Assembly: GCA_008632985.1 (NCBI GenBank)
Contig: QPGO01000134.1
Span: 1-64,000, forward strand
Reading direction: 5' to 3'
From: Psammoneis japonica
Taxonomy: Eukaryota
Length of the DNA: 64,000 nucleotides
Of the stretch, positions 35,769 to 47,483 are shown piece by piece. Below the pieces are notes generated by a model, which saw nothing but the letters and a program-made list of their open reading frames with translations, did not search any database and was not told the DNA's origin. The first letter of the stretch is position 1; every line of letters starts with the position of its first letter. The position numbers and the translations under genes are program-made.

Positions 35769-36993
35769 TTACTCCTTGCTTTTGATTATTTCTTCTTCGT
35801 TTGCTCGTTGATCCGTCATTTCTTGCCATTGGCGCATATACTTGAAGCCCAGGTGTTCTTCGTACATGTCGGGCGCTTGATCGAACAATTCCTTTTCCGT
35901 CACTATTCGGTATGAATCAATCTTTGCCGGGACGCCACTGACACGAGCCAGCGGTGGAACGGGTTTTGGTAACAATCGACTTGGCAGTAATGATGGAGCC
36001 ATCTCCCACCTTTATATTCCCCAGCACAGCGGCACCATCGTGTAAAATGACACCATCGCCCACCTTGGGATGTCGATCACCCGCCTCTTTTCCAGTACCG
36101 CCCAGCGTGACACCCTGCAAAATTGTCACGTCTTGTCCCACGACGGCGGTTTCCCCAATCACAACACCTGCGCCGCAATTCAAATACAAGCCCGATCCCA
36201 ATTGAGCTGCCGGATGAATGTCTGCTGAATAGACTTGTGATACAGTCGATTGCATATAATAGGCCAATCCCGTCCGTTGCGCTTGCCACAAGCGGTGTCC
36301 AACACGATAACACACGAGCGCATGAAGACCACGATGAAACAACATGGCCGTGAGAGCGGATCCGATACTCTTGCTTCGCATGGCTGCCGCCATGACGTCC
36401 AAGTGAATCGCAAAATCATCTTGGGGTTGAAGCATTTCCAAAAACAAATTACGCAATGCCGTGGCAGGAATTAATTCTGTTTCAATTTCATGAGAAATAA
36501 TGGTAACAATTGCATCCAGCAGAGAGGGTTGACTGAGAATTCCCTGATAGAGTTGCGGACCGGCTTCTGGTTCAGGGCCGAGTGCGCTTCGAGCTTCCAT
36601 TTTGACTTCCTCCCATAATGGATCCATGGAATGGAGTTCTTGTGGTGGTTGCTTTTGTAACAGAGACGACCATGCTGGGTGAGACTCGAGTACCAGAGAC
36701 ACATATGGCTTGGATTTCAGTTCCAAGCTGGAAGCCCATGCCTCGTCTTCGTCCATTTCATCCGAAGTTGCTTCGTTTTGTTCCATAGTTGACATAGTTA
36801 GTTGAGTTCTTTTCAAACAAAAAGATCGTATTCTTCTTCTTGTTTTAAATTTCTTCACAGCAATGTTTGGAAGGGTAAACGAATCACATTCCGCAAGTAG
36901 CAGAAGAAAAGACATCAGTAACAAGCGCGCATTTCTCAAAGAACAAAAAGCACTTTTGTTGAACAAATGACCAGAGTGTTGTAGAACGTTCAT
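35769..36993 (-). CDS. cysE: Serine O-acetyltransferase (1-nt frameshift near 35965)
   Basis: GLHALVCYRVGHRLW, DIHPAAQLG, GVVIGETAVVG..VTILQGVTLGGTGKEAGDRHPKVG. The C-terminal GVPAK continues in the adjacent frame. Confidence 0.92.
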
Positions 36994-37310
36994 ATCATTT
37001 GAACTAAGCGGCGCCAATGAAAGAGACTTGCAGTGCTGGCAGCACGACACGGCACCACAACGGCACATCATCATGGCGAAGAAAGAAAAATGAAAAGAGC
37101 GTGAGAGGTGCTTCCGATCGTGCGACGAACGGACGCTGTTCTGGCGCGATCACGCCACGCGATCTGAGAGAACCTCCGCCCGTCCGTCTCCCGGCATGAT
37201 CCCCTCATGCGTTCTGATTGGTTAGATTTTTCAGTACTGAAAACACCGTAGAATTCTACACAATCGTCACTTTTCGCCGACATATAACTGCAGCAAAAAA
37301 TACATCGACC

Positions 37311-37553
37311 ATGGCGACGGCAGTACCGCGAATTATCACCAACAAGACCGTCTTGACGGGAAGTGTAGGCGCATCCTTGTTTGAGGCATGCTCCAAGAGT
37401 GCCTCGAAAATGGGAAAAGTTACAGCAAGCAAACCGAAAGCGTTAAAAGTCACCGGCAAGCCAGCGCTCTTCATGGACGTGCCTTCGAAAATACCGTCTG
37501 GTTTGAGCAAGCCTTTTTTTATTGATCGACACACAATCAAGTTTCAACATTGA
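37311..37553 (+). CDS. Small basic hypothetical protein
   Basis: 80-aa ORF MATAVPRII... with a good start context, divergent from the SAT gene. Confidence 0.45.
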   Translation: MATAVPRIITNKTVLTGSVGASLFEACSKSASKMGKVTASKPKALKVTGKPALFMDVPSKIPSGLSKPFFIDRHTIKFQH

Positions 37554-37758
37554 AACGCGTGAGAGAGAACAATGGAGAAGATTTTTTTTTAAGAAGAGAT
37601 GGTTTGATGGAAAGCTCTCGAGATGTATTCGTACAGAGTGTTTCTGGGTTGGTTTGGTGGTTTTTGTTGCTGATAGGATCATAAGGTGTTTAGGAGAAGA
37701 CTGAAAATGATGTCTCATCTAAAGGACGCGACGACTCGTTGGAAAGTCTAGCCAGACC

Positions 37759-39145
37759 CTACTGTTTACTCTTCTCCTTGTTTGCATTTTCATATGCTTC
37801 CAGAATTTCTTCCACATCCTGTTTGGACCCCATAATTACGGGTACACGTTGGTGCACAATCTCGGGTGCAATTTCCATGACTCGTTCTTTCCCCGTCGTA
37901 CTCAATCCACCAGCTTGTTCCATGATGAAGGACATTGGAGCACCTTCATACAGCAATCGTAGCTTTCCGTTTGGATTCTTGCTATCACCGGGATAGCCAA
38001 AGACTCCTCCATACAAGAGTGTACGATGAACGTCCCCCACCATGCTTCCAATGTATCGGCTTGAAAAGGTCTTTCCGCTCTTGCCCTTGCCATCTTTCCA
38101 TTTGGCGACAACGTCTTGGAGCGGTTGGTCCCACATGTGTGTGTTGGCTTCGTTAAAGGACAAAATGCTTGATGTTTCTGGTATTTTCATGTCGGGGTGG
38201 CTCAACACAAATTCCCCCAATTGCTCGTCCAGTGTAAATCCATATGTTCCGGCTCCAAGTGTCAATACCAAAAAGGTGGAAGACGAGTACAAGCAATAAG
38301 CGGCAGCCACTAAATTGTCTCCGGGTTGAAGCGTGTTGGCCAGACACGCGGCTTCTTGTTCGGTGCACTCTTCGCCAATGCAAGCTTCGTCAATTTGGCA
38401 AGATTCGTCGTGTTCGTAAATGCCAATAATGGTACCCGTGGGAATGCCGGCATCAACATTGGAGGATCCATCAAGTGGGTCGAAAACGCATACATATCTT
38501 TCAGATTCATCAATCAGAATTTCGGATTCCTTGGCATTTTCGGGCATGAGATCAACCTGACACATAGAAAGAAAAAGATGTGAAATTCAAGCTTGCGAGA
38601 CACAATGGCAAGCTTTATAGAGCCATAAACAAAGCAGCTTCCTAGCCCCTCCTAACTACCGTATTCAGCCTTTATGCACTCACTGGCGTATCTTCCTCTT
38701 CAGACGCAAGGACTCCGAGTTTGCCTGTGAATCGCAGAGCCCGTTTGAGTAAATCGTTTGTAATCACGTCCAATTTCTTTTGATCTTCGCCCTGCACATT
38801 GACAGCGCCTTGATATCCCAGTGTCTCGGACGAGGGAAGTTGTGATCGCTTGACGAGATTGGCAATGGCCTTGCAGGCAGTTTCGATAGCTCCAAACAGC
38901 GTGGTAAGTTCTGTCAATTCGGGATTTAAAAGCGATACTTCCGACATGAAGCGTTTCAGAGTCACTCCTGTTGTTTCGCAGACTTCATCAAAGACGGGTG
39001 CTGTGGATTTGGAAGGTGCTGAAACGAAACGTGCCGATGACGATTTTGATGCTTCCGCTGTTGTCGTCTGTTGAGCAAATTTGGGAGCAAACGCCGAGAC
39101 GCTTCCCAACATTGCCACCATCAACAATACAGATGTGATTCTCAT
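37759..39145 (-). CDS. FBP: Plastid fructose-1,6-bisphosphatase, copy 1 (one intron, ~38557-38683)
   Basis: SAFAP presequence, [57 protein letters not shown]. Confidence 0.96.
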
Positions 39146-39821
39146 TATGGTGCTCCCCCAGAATAAAAAGCTTTGCCCCAGTAAATTGTCACTCGAAGTC
39201 CAAGAGTCAAGAGCAGTGTCAACACGTTCCGCGATCGATCCGCCCGAAAAATGTGCTGAAAACAGAAGTGAAGCCTGTTTTGGATACGAAAGATCTTCAT
39301 CGGAAACCATTACGGTAAATCCAAAATAAATTGTATTCAATGTGATTTTTCTCCATAAATAAAAAAGAGATGGAATAGAAAAAATAATAGATCGCTCAAA
39401 GATCCATCATTTCGCTTCAACTCACAAAATTTCGCCTCGCGCGGGTGCGATGACACACGACACGCAGTTTGAAGTTGCTATTGTTGCCTTTTGGCACTCC
39501 TCTCTTTTGGGCGCGCCGCTTGACAATCTATCGTCTCTACAGTGTGCCGTCATCCATTTCGCCTTCGTTGGAAAGAGGTTTTCTAATTTGGTTTGAGGTC
39601 AGTATCGCTGGAATCATCTGGAATTGAGCCTCTGAAGTCATGAACTGCCGCTCCGCAGAAGCTCAATCTTTGATTTTTTCTGCAGTAGCACCGAACATAC
39701 TATGAATGTCGGGAGAATTCATAAACTTCACCTGTGCCTTTTTCTCTTTACAATTCTCTCCTCTAACTTTTGTTGAATTTTCTCTCTCGCATCACAGTTT
39801 AGTTTGTTTGTTCATGCAAAG

Positions 39822-41267
39822 ATGAAGTTCATCCCAGTACTTTTCGTACTGGCATCAAGAAATGTAATTGGCTTTTCCCCACAAGGTCCGGCTTTTACAC
39901 GGACCTCAACTTGTTTGTTTAGTGCGACTGAAACACCAACCATGAACCGTGCCCAGACTAGGGCTCCTGTGTTTGATGAAGTTTGTGAAACCACGGGTGT
40001 CACCTTGACTCGATTCATGGCGGAAGTGGCACAACTCAACCCAGAACTAAAAGAGCTCACAACGTTGTTTGGTGCCATGGACACGGCGTGCAAGGCCATT
40101 TCCAATCTTGTCAAGAGGTCGCAGCTTCCGTCGAGTGAAACACTTGGATACGAAGGTGCTGTCAATGTGCAAGGAGAGGACCAAAAGGTAAGATTATGCA
40201 TTTGTATGCTTGTGAATGTCTTTCTCGCCTGTTTGCTGTGCAACATGCTCATTCCTTGCATTCGCCCTCTACTCTGAAACCCAGAAACTGGATGTAATTA
40301 CAAATGACTTGCTCAAACGAGCCCTTCGTTTCACGGGGAAACTCGGAGTGCTTGCTTCCGAGGAGGAGGATGATCCGGTACGTTTTTGGCGTGGAAATGT
40401 GGTTTAACTACAATCCTTGCTCGAGCTCAAACAATTCTCCGTTCCGTGCGGTCTATTGTACTGCTCGTTGGGCAGGTTGATCTTATTGGAAATGATGAGG
40501 ACGACTCGACAGAAGTGATATTCGATGAAAGCGAAAGATATGTTGTAGTTTTCGATCCACTTGATGGATCCTCCAATGTCGATGCCGGTATTCCCACAGG
40601 CACGATAATCGGGATTTACGAGCACGACGAGAATTGCGCCATTGATCCCGATTGCGTCGATGAAGAATGCACCGAACAAGAGGCCGCCTGCCTTGCAAAT
40701 ACGCTTCAGCCTGGAACAAATCTTGTGGCGTCTGCCTACTGTCTGTATTCGTCGTCCACCTTTTTTGTCTTGACGCTCGGAAATGGAGTGTACATGTTTA
40801 CTCTTGACGAGACGATTGGTGAATTCGTCTTATCGCATCCCAGAGTCCAAGTTCCGGAGTCTTCTACTATCCTTTCCTTCAATGAGGCGAATATTGAAAA
40901 GTGGGATGAACCAATGAAGGCAACTGTCAAAAAGTGGCGAGAGGGAACCGGAAAGAGCGGTAAGAGATTCACTAGCCGATACATTGGTTCCATGGTGGGG
41001 GACGTCCATCGCACACTCTTGTACGGTGGTGTTTTTGGTTACCCAGGTGACACAAAGAATCCCAATGGAAAGCTGCGCCTCTTGTATGAAGGGGCTCCCA
41101 TGTCGTTCATTATGGAACAGGCGGGCGGTCTCAGCACGACGGGGACACAACGAGTTATGGAAATCATGCCTGAGATTGTGCATCAAAGAGTTCCAGTAAT
41201 TATGGGCTCTAAGAATGACGTGCAGGAAGTTATAGATGCATACCAAGAGTGGGACAAAAGTAGCTAG
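39822..41267 (+). CDS. FBP: Plastid fructose-1,6-bisphosphatase, copy 2 (introns ~40188-40284 and ~40378-40475)
   Basis: Same catalytic motifs as copy 1, with a signal peptide and IGF presequence motif. Confidence 0.96.
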
Positions 41268-41648
41268 GTAAGGTAGGAGGACTAAACAAAAGAAAGAGAA
41301 CAGAAATCGCGATATCAAATCTGAAAATCCAGAGTACTTCCCTACTTTAAACCGTATCACACCTGCAGACACAAGGGCGCACGCGTGCTAGATAGGTCTA
41401 CTAGAGTAGAGGTCAGATAACTCGTTACATTGGCTCTCCTCCATTGAACTGTAATAATTCAATTAGTACGCTGTAGCATACAAAATGAAAGGGTAGAAAA
41501 AATCTTTAAAGGATTGTAGCTACGTATGAGAACATGTCTTACTCTACTCCATCCTCTACCGTTCGGAACACCCCCCGAGAGACTTGGAAATCGAAAAGGG
41601 TAGACTTGCATATAAAAAGGGTAGACTCACATCAAAAACAAACCTTTC

Positions 41649-43796
41649 CTAACCGGCGCACAAAGCATCCTCCGGAAACTGATCGCAATAGACAAATGTG
41701 CACGTGTTGATATCCTCCTTTGTATAAACGTTACCATCAGCGATCGAGAATGTATTAACTTGGTCACCCCAGCGGAGCAAACAGTCAACAGAGTCATAAC
41801 AGATACAACTGTCACCAGCAGCATTAGATGCATACCTAGCAGCAAAACTCTCCTGACAAAATTCGAGACATTCGTTTCGGTTCCTTGCATTCGTCGAAGC
41901 AGTGACAGTTTGATTCACCCCATACACGGTGTTATCGCGAAGTTCAGTCTGTTGACCCGTGAAGCAGAACCAGTGGTTCGGGTTGGCATCACAGAAATCA
42001 AATGTGCAGGTGCTGATATCCTCCTTTGTATAAACGTCACCATCAGCGATAGTGAACGGGTTGATTTGGTCACCCCAAGGGATCAAACAGTCCACAGAGT
42101 CATAGCAGATACAGCTGTCACCGCCAGCGTTAGATGCATACCTAGCCGCAAAACTCTCCTGACAAAATTCGAGACATTCATTTCGGGTCCTTGCATTCAT
42201 CGAGGCAGTGATATTCAGATTCTCGCCATGTACACCATTGTCACGAAGCTCAGTCTGTTGACCCGTGAAGCAGAACCAGTGGTTCGGGTTGGCATCACAG
42301 AAATCAAATGTGCAGGTGCTGATATCATCCTTTGTGTAGACGTCACCATCAGCGATCGTGAACGTGTTAACTTGGTTACCCCAAGGGATCAAACAGTCAA
42401 CAGAGTCATAACAGATACAGCTGTCACCGCCAGCGTTAGATGCATACCTAGCCGCAAAACTCTCCTGACAAAATTCGAGACATTCATTTCGCGACCCTGC
42501 ATCCGACGAGGCAGTGATATTCAGGTTCTCGCCATATACACCATTATCGCGGAGTTCGGACTTTTGATTTGTAAAGCAGAACCAGTGATTCGGATTGACA
42601 TCACAGAAGTCAAAAGTGCAAGTGCTGAGTAACTCTTTCGTAAAAATGTCGCCATCAGCGATCGTGAACTTGTCAACTTGGTCACCCCAAGGGAGCAAAC
42701 AATCCGCCGAGTTGTAACAGATACAACTGTCACCGTTCACGTTGGATGCATAACGGGCGGCAAAACTCTCCCGACAAAATTCACGGCATTCACTCTCCGA
42801 CCCCGCATCTACCGTGGCCGTGGTGATCAAGTTCTCTCCGTAGACGGACCTGTCGCGGAGCTCTGCTCTTTTCTGCAAACAGATTGAGTTGTTTGGAGTG
42901 ACATCACAGCTTACAAACGCGGTTGGTACTGTTGTTGATGGAGGGCTCGGAATAGTTGGCGATAATGTTGGCGGCGGGGTTGCTGATGGGCCAGATGGGG
43001 TTTGGGGTGAAGGGGATGCGCCTTCAACGTTGGATTGAGCTGATGGCCCGTTATCTGATTTCGTAGCGAGGGGCACGGCCACTCCAACAGCAATTCCTAC
43101 AATGAGAAGAGCAAGCAAAGAACCTATCAACACCTTGTGTCTCTTGTAGAAGGGTAATGTCTCCTTTGCAGGTTCTTTCTCTTGTTCCGCTAATCCACGT
43201 TCAACGTCTTCTCCATGACGAATGGGCATCACTTCTTCCGCTTGAACTGCCTCCTCCGCCATTATGCGTCGGACTTCGTCTCTGAAGTTTTGCTCGTCTT
43301 CCTTTACAACTTCTGCAGCCACAGGTACCCCTGCAACCTCCTCTCTCGGCTGCTGATTCGTATTTTCAGGGCTTGCCCCTTGTTCATGCGGAGAGATGAA
43401 CCCGGGATCCTGCCTTTCTGCTCCTTCGCCAGGCTGCACAGCGTAGGCGCCAGGAAACTCCTCGTTGTTGTCAGCTCCTGCATTCGGAACTGCAGTCATG
43501 GGAGCACTAGTACCATCGTCATTATCTTCTGACGGTCTTCTTGAAGAAGACTTTGCCTTGGTCTTTCTTTTTCTGCCTTTCTTCTCCTGGGGTGAATCAG
43601 CATCAGCTCTTTCTTCGCTTGGAAGCTTCCAAGGTACTTCTTGGGGAGAGTCGCCATCAACATCATGATTTTTTGAACGACGGCTACCAGTACGACGTTG
43701 CGAGGGAGTTTCCAGCTGGCCGATTCCTGTATCGTCTCCGAACCTACCCGAAGGTTGATTCAACTTGGCTTTTTGCGACGAGCCTTTGCGATTCAT
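41649..43796 (-). CDS. Single-pass membrane protein with four ~102-aa Cys-rich (PAN/WSC-like) extracellular repeats
   Basis: Disordered N-terminus with PGAYAV, a TM helix (VLIGSLLALLIVGIAVGVAVPL), a Pro/Ser/Thr stalk, and 306-bp repeats encoding ECLEFCQ...SCICYDSVDC. Confidence 0.85.
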   Translation of the reverse strand: MNRKGSSQKAKLNQPSGRFGDDTGIGQLETPSQRRTGSRRSKNHDVDGDSPQEVPWKLPSEERADADSPQEKKGRKRKTKAKSSSRRPSEDNDDGTSAPMTAVPNAGADNNEEFPGAYAVQPGEGAERQDPGFISPHEQGASPENTNQQPREEVAGVPVAAEVVKEDEQNFRDEVRRIMAEEAVQAEEVMPIRHGEDVERGLAEQEKEPAKETLPFYKRHKVLIGSLLALLIVGIAVGVAVPLATKSDNGPSAQSNVEGASPSPQTPSGPSATPPPTLSPTIPSPPSTTVPTAFVSCDVTPNNSICLQKRAELRDRSVYGENLITTATVDAGSESECREFCRESFAARYASNVNGDSCICYNSADCLLPWGDQVDKFTIADGDIFTKELLSTCTFDFCDVNPNHWFCFTNQKSELRDNGVYGENLNITASSDAGSRNECLEFCQESFAARYASNAGGDSCICYDSVDCLIPWGNQVNTFTIADGDVYTKDDISTCTFDFCDANPNHWFCFTGQQTELRDNGVHGENLNITASMNARTRNECLEFCQESFAARYASNAGGDSCICYDSVDCLIPWGDQINPFTIADGDVYTKEDISTCTFDFCDANPNHWFCFTGQQTELRDNTVYGVNQTVTASTNARNRNECLEFCQESFAARYASNAAGDSCICYDSVDCLLRWGDQVNTFSIADGNVYTKEDINTCTFVYCDQFPEDALCAG

Positions 43797-44099
43797 TGAG
43801 AAAACGTTCCGTTCTCAGCGAAGCTATCTGAATGTCTCCCGATGAATGAAAAAAGCGTTTGAGCAGCTCACTAGACCAACAGAAAAAAGAAGAACTGGCA
43901 AATGAGCATTCAACTTTGATGACAGAAGTGTCAACTACCTACCGGTAGGAGTATCATACTGTATCTATCCATCCGTGACCGGCAACCCGCGTTTCGCCGC
44001 GACCGCAGTGATGGATATCTATCTTTGCGCGCGATCCAGAATTTGCGCGAGCCGCACAATAACCTGGGCGAGGACTTGCAACAAATGTTTCTGGTGGAG

Positions 44100-45940
44100 A
44101 CCATGCTGACCACCACAACCTCTCAAAATGCACAGACAACTTCTTCAACCAACAAGGCAGAATGATGCCAGCTCGGATTCAAGAAACGAGCCTGAGAAGC
44201 TGAGTCACTTGAAGCCACAGTTTCCAAGTTCAAAGTTTTACAATCATTTTGTGAGGGAGGCCCTTGACGGCAAAGTCCTGGCACTTGATGCTGCATGGTG
44301 AATGGATGTGGGGATCCAAAAAGACAACGAGGGTGGAAATGTTGTTCCTTGCCACTGATGAGGTCCAAGAGCACACTGATTGGTGGCAGACATGAGAGTG
44401 TCAGATCAGCTCATGTGGCAGGGAAAACATGTGTCATGGGGCTTTCGTCCCTCAAACTGGTGTTGCATGAGGACTTCCTCTTGACCCCCATGTTGTTGCA
44501 CCCTGCCTCTTGGCAAATGACAGACAGGTGTCAGATTGCAGCCTGCTTTCTGACTGTCATGTGAGGAGTTCACACCAGCCACAGAGATTGCAGCCCTGGG
44601 AGGAATGACAACAAAAATCCAACATCCAACCAGGGAGCTTCTGGGCAAACAGGACAAGAAATGCTCCAACCTTTCCCACCCAATTGATGGAAGCAAGTTT
44701 TTCTGCTTTGGTGGCATCCTGCAGCAGCAAGATGCAAGAAGAGGGGCACAATTTGTGCAACAACATGTTGGGGCCTCTCACATTGATGCTGCTGGACTCA
44801 TTGGAGATGGGTGGGTTTTGTGAACTCTGAAAATTGCCAAGGCAAGCCTGACTTTTCTGCATGGAGAGGCCCATTGCAACAACAGACCCAAAGTTTGTGA
44901 GAGAGTCAAAGGTGATGCATGACTTGCCCTTGCCAATGGAAGTTTGGGAAGTGGCAAGGCAGGAGTGCAGCAACAACATGAGGGAAGCCCTTGATCAACT
45001 GTCTCTCTGAAAGCTGCTCAGCCAGACTGCCAATGCCAATGTTCAATTGATTGGTCTCATGTGGGGCACCTCATCAACCAAATTTTTGCATGCATGGTTC
45101 TCTCAACAGTTGTCACCATGGCATTTTGATGAGTGGGTTGAGAACTTGCTTTGCAAAATGTTCAACATGACAACATGATGACCAGGCGCAAAAAGACAAT
45201 GGCAGTGCTTGTCAGGCAGTGAGATGCTTGGTTTCTCAGACAAAAGAACTGTCTCTGCACTTGGGTCCTTCTCTGCACATGTTCACACAAAAACAAACAG
45301 CTGATTGTTGGCAAAAGAAGCATCTCTTGGGGCAGCTGGCTTGAATGCAGCACACCAGCTGAAATGGCTTCTCTCTGCCTCCAACATCTGACAAAGGGGG
45401 AAACCCAGACAAAAAAGCTTTTGGCACTGTCAGGGCTGCAGCAGAGGCTGGGGGGCTGAGCCAACTTGGAGTTTCTCAATGCTGGAGACATGCCTGCTGT
45501 AAATTTCATTGCTGATTTTGAAGTGAGTCACCTGATTGGATGTGGTCACCTGCATTGGCAGAATGCGGAATGGAGAAGTCGTTGCACTAAAAATCTTTGA
45601 CACTCGAAAGAACAAGGACAGGGAAGCTTCTGAGCAAGAGATGAAGGCATGCAATCATTTGAAAAGAGCATTGGGGTTGACTTGTTCCAAATCCAAAGTA
45701 ACTTGCTGAAGCTTTTGGTGTGTTCCACTTGGGGATGCAAATGGCAGAGCCTCTGTCTCAAACTGCTGAAATCCAGGAGGAATGGGATTGTGTGTTTGTG
45801 GAAGCTGGAGGAATCATTTGGCTTTTGTCATTGGGGGATGTGGACAGTGATGACCGTGGACAGAACTTTTGAAACCACATGATGCTTCATGACAGGAGCT
45901 CCGGAAAGGCACAGCCAATGATTTGGAAGAGTGCGAATTG
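44100..45940. mobile_element. TpA/CpG-depleted decayed repeat (unidentified)
   Basis: Same compositional signature as the gypsy remnant, with only broken ORFs. Confidence 0.55.
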
Positions 45941-46190
45941 ATCTAAGTCCTTTCCTCCTGGCATTGCTCTCGAGTGCTTGCACTTCGATGTTCTGGAGAA
46001 AGAATGTACTACAATTGATTTACAGTTGTAGGATGAGGGACAAACAGAGTTTCCGGTGCCTGTAGTACAATGGTAACAAGGTAATTCACTTCTCATCTTG
46101 ACAAAACTACCATTGTGAAAAGACTTTAGGCTTTGTATCTGATCTGAAACATGCCGATGAAAGAAACAAAACTATGATCTCTATTGAATT

Positions 46191-47227
46191 CTACGCCTTT
46201 TTCTTAATCTGCTTGACTCCATATAAAACTTTCTGGATCATTGAAACTCCCCCCGGAACCAGTGAAGGCACAAATGTGGTTGCGGCCAACAAGACGTCGT
46301 TCTGCTCCGGATTACTACTCTTTCCACTCTTTTCCAATTCGGTCGATAGTCCCAAAATGGCATTGCAAACGGTGGAAATGCTAGTTTCCTTTTCGTTTCC
46401 CACAAAGACTTGCCACCATGCAAAATCACTCATGACTGGCAAGGTCACATTCAGGTCCACTGCCGTCAAGCAAATGGCGGCACAGGCAATCAGTTCGGTT
46501 CAAAGCGTGTCGACAAATCCAACAGACACGCCGTGTTGCAATAGTTCCAAGCCAATTGAGCAAAGTCTTGATTGGATTCTGGAACCAGCACACGAACCAT
46601 GTACAATATGAATTGGTGCGGATGTGAATCAGGAATCCAATAAAGAGTGAAACCGAGTTGTTGTAGAATGGCGTGTTCTGTTTCACACAATACCTGTTTC
46701 CATTCCTGATAGATCGTCCCAGCATGCGGAGGCATGGGTGGAGTGAATCTTAGTATATTGAGCTTTTTCTCATCATCTGGTAGCTCTAACTTTGATCTTG
46801 CCAATGGCGTAATTGCAGACGATGCGTGTACGCATAAACGCCGTTTTCTATAAAGATGATTGTAAATGACAATCACGTGTCGTAGTTTCCTCGGTTCCTC
46901 TTGCACCTTACCAGCCAACAGTGTACACGCCATGGCAACACTCCACACGTCCTTTTGAAGTAATGATATTCGATGGTAAAAGCGATGAAATATGGAACAA
47001 GCCGTTGCAAACGTGCAGGGACCCTGTTTCAAGAGACGAGTGGCGTCAAAAAGCAAAAAGGTACCCTGCAACCGGTGTAATCGTTCTGAGGTTGGATCCA
47101 CATTGTCTCGTGACGACGGAGTATCATCGGGAAATGGAACCAAGGATATCACTGTTCGATCAACAACCGTGTGCTCATGATGAGGCTGCTCTCTGCTGGA
47201 TGACGCTTCTTCCGACGACGACGCCAT
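46191..47227 (-). CDS. Cyclin L-like protein (1-nt frameshift near 46495)
   Basis: FATACSIFHRFY...VAMACTLLAGKVQEEPRKLRHVI, E.AILQQLGF, HPHQFIL, AWNYCN, then LIACAAICL in the next frame. Confidence 0.85.
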
Positions 47228-47483
47228 GGCCGCCCGCAAAATCTCACAATCTTTTTTATCCAGAAAATGAAGCGTCTGTTGTCGTCATGCGCGCGATCAA
47301 CGCGCAGCGCCATTGCGCCGACTCACAGGACCAAAGAACCGCGCGCATGAATGAAACGTCACGCGCGCGTGGTCTGGCTGATGACCAACCAACGGTGCGA
47401 ACAGCGAACAACCAACGAACAAAAACATCAGTCAGCAAAGCGACGACACTGTTGCATCGTTTCTGTATACGTACTCTGCCACC

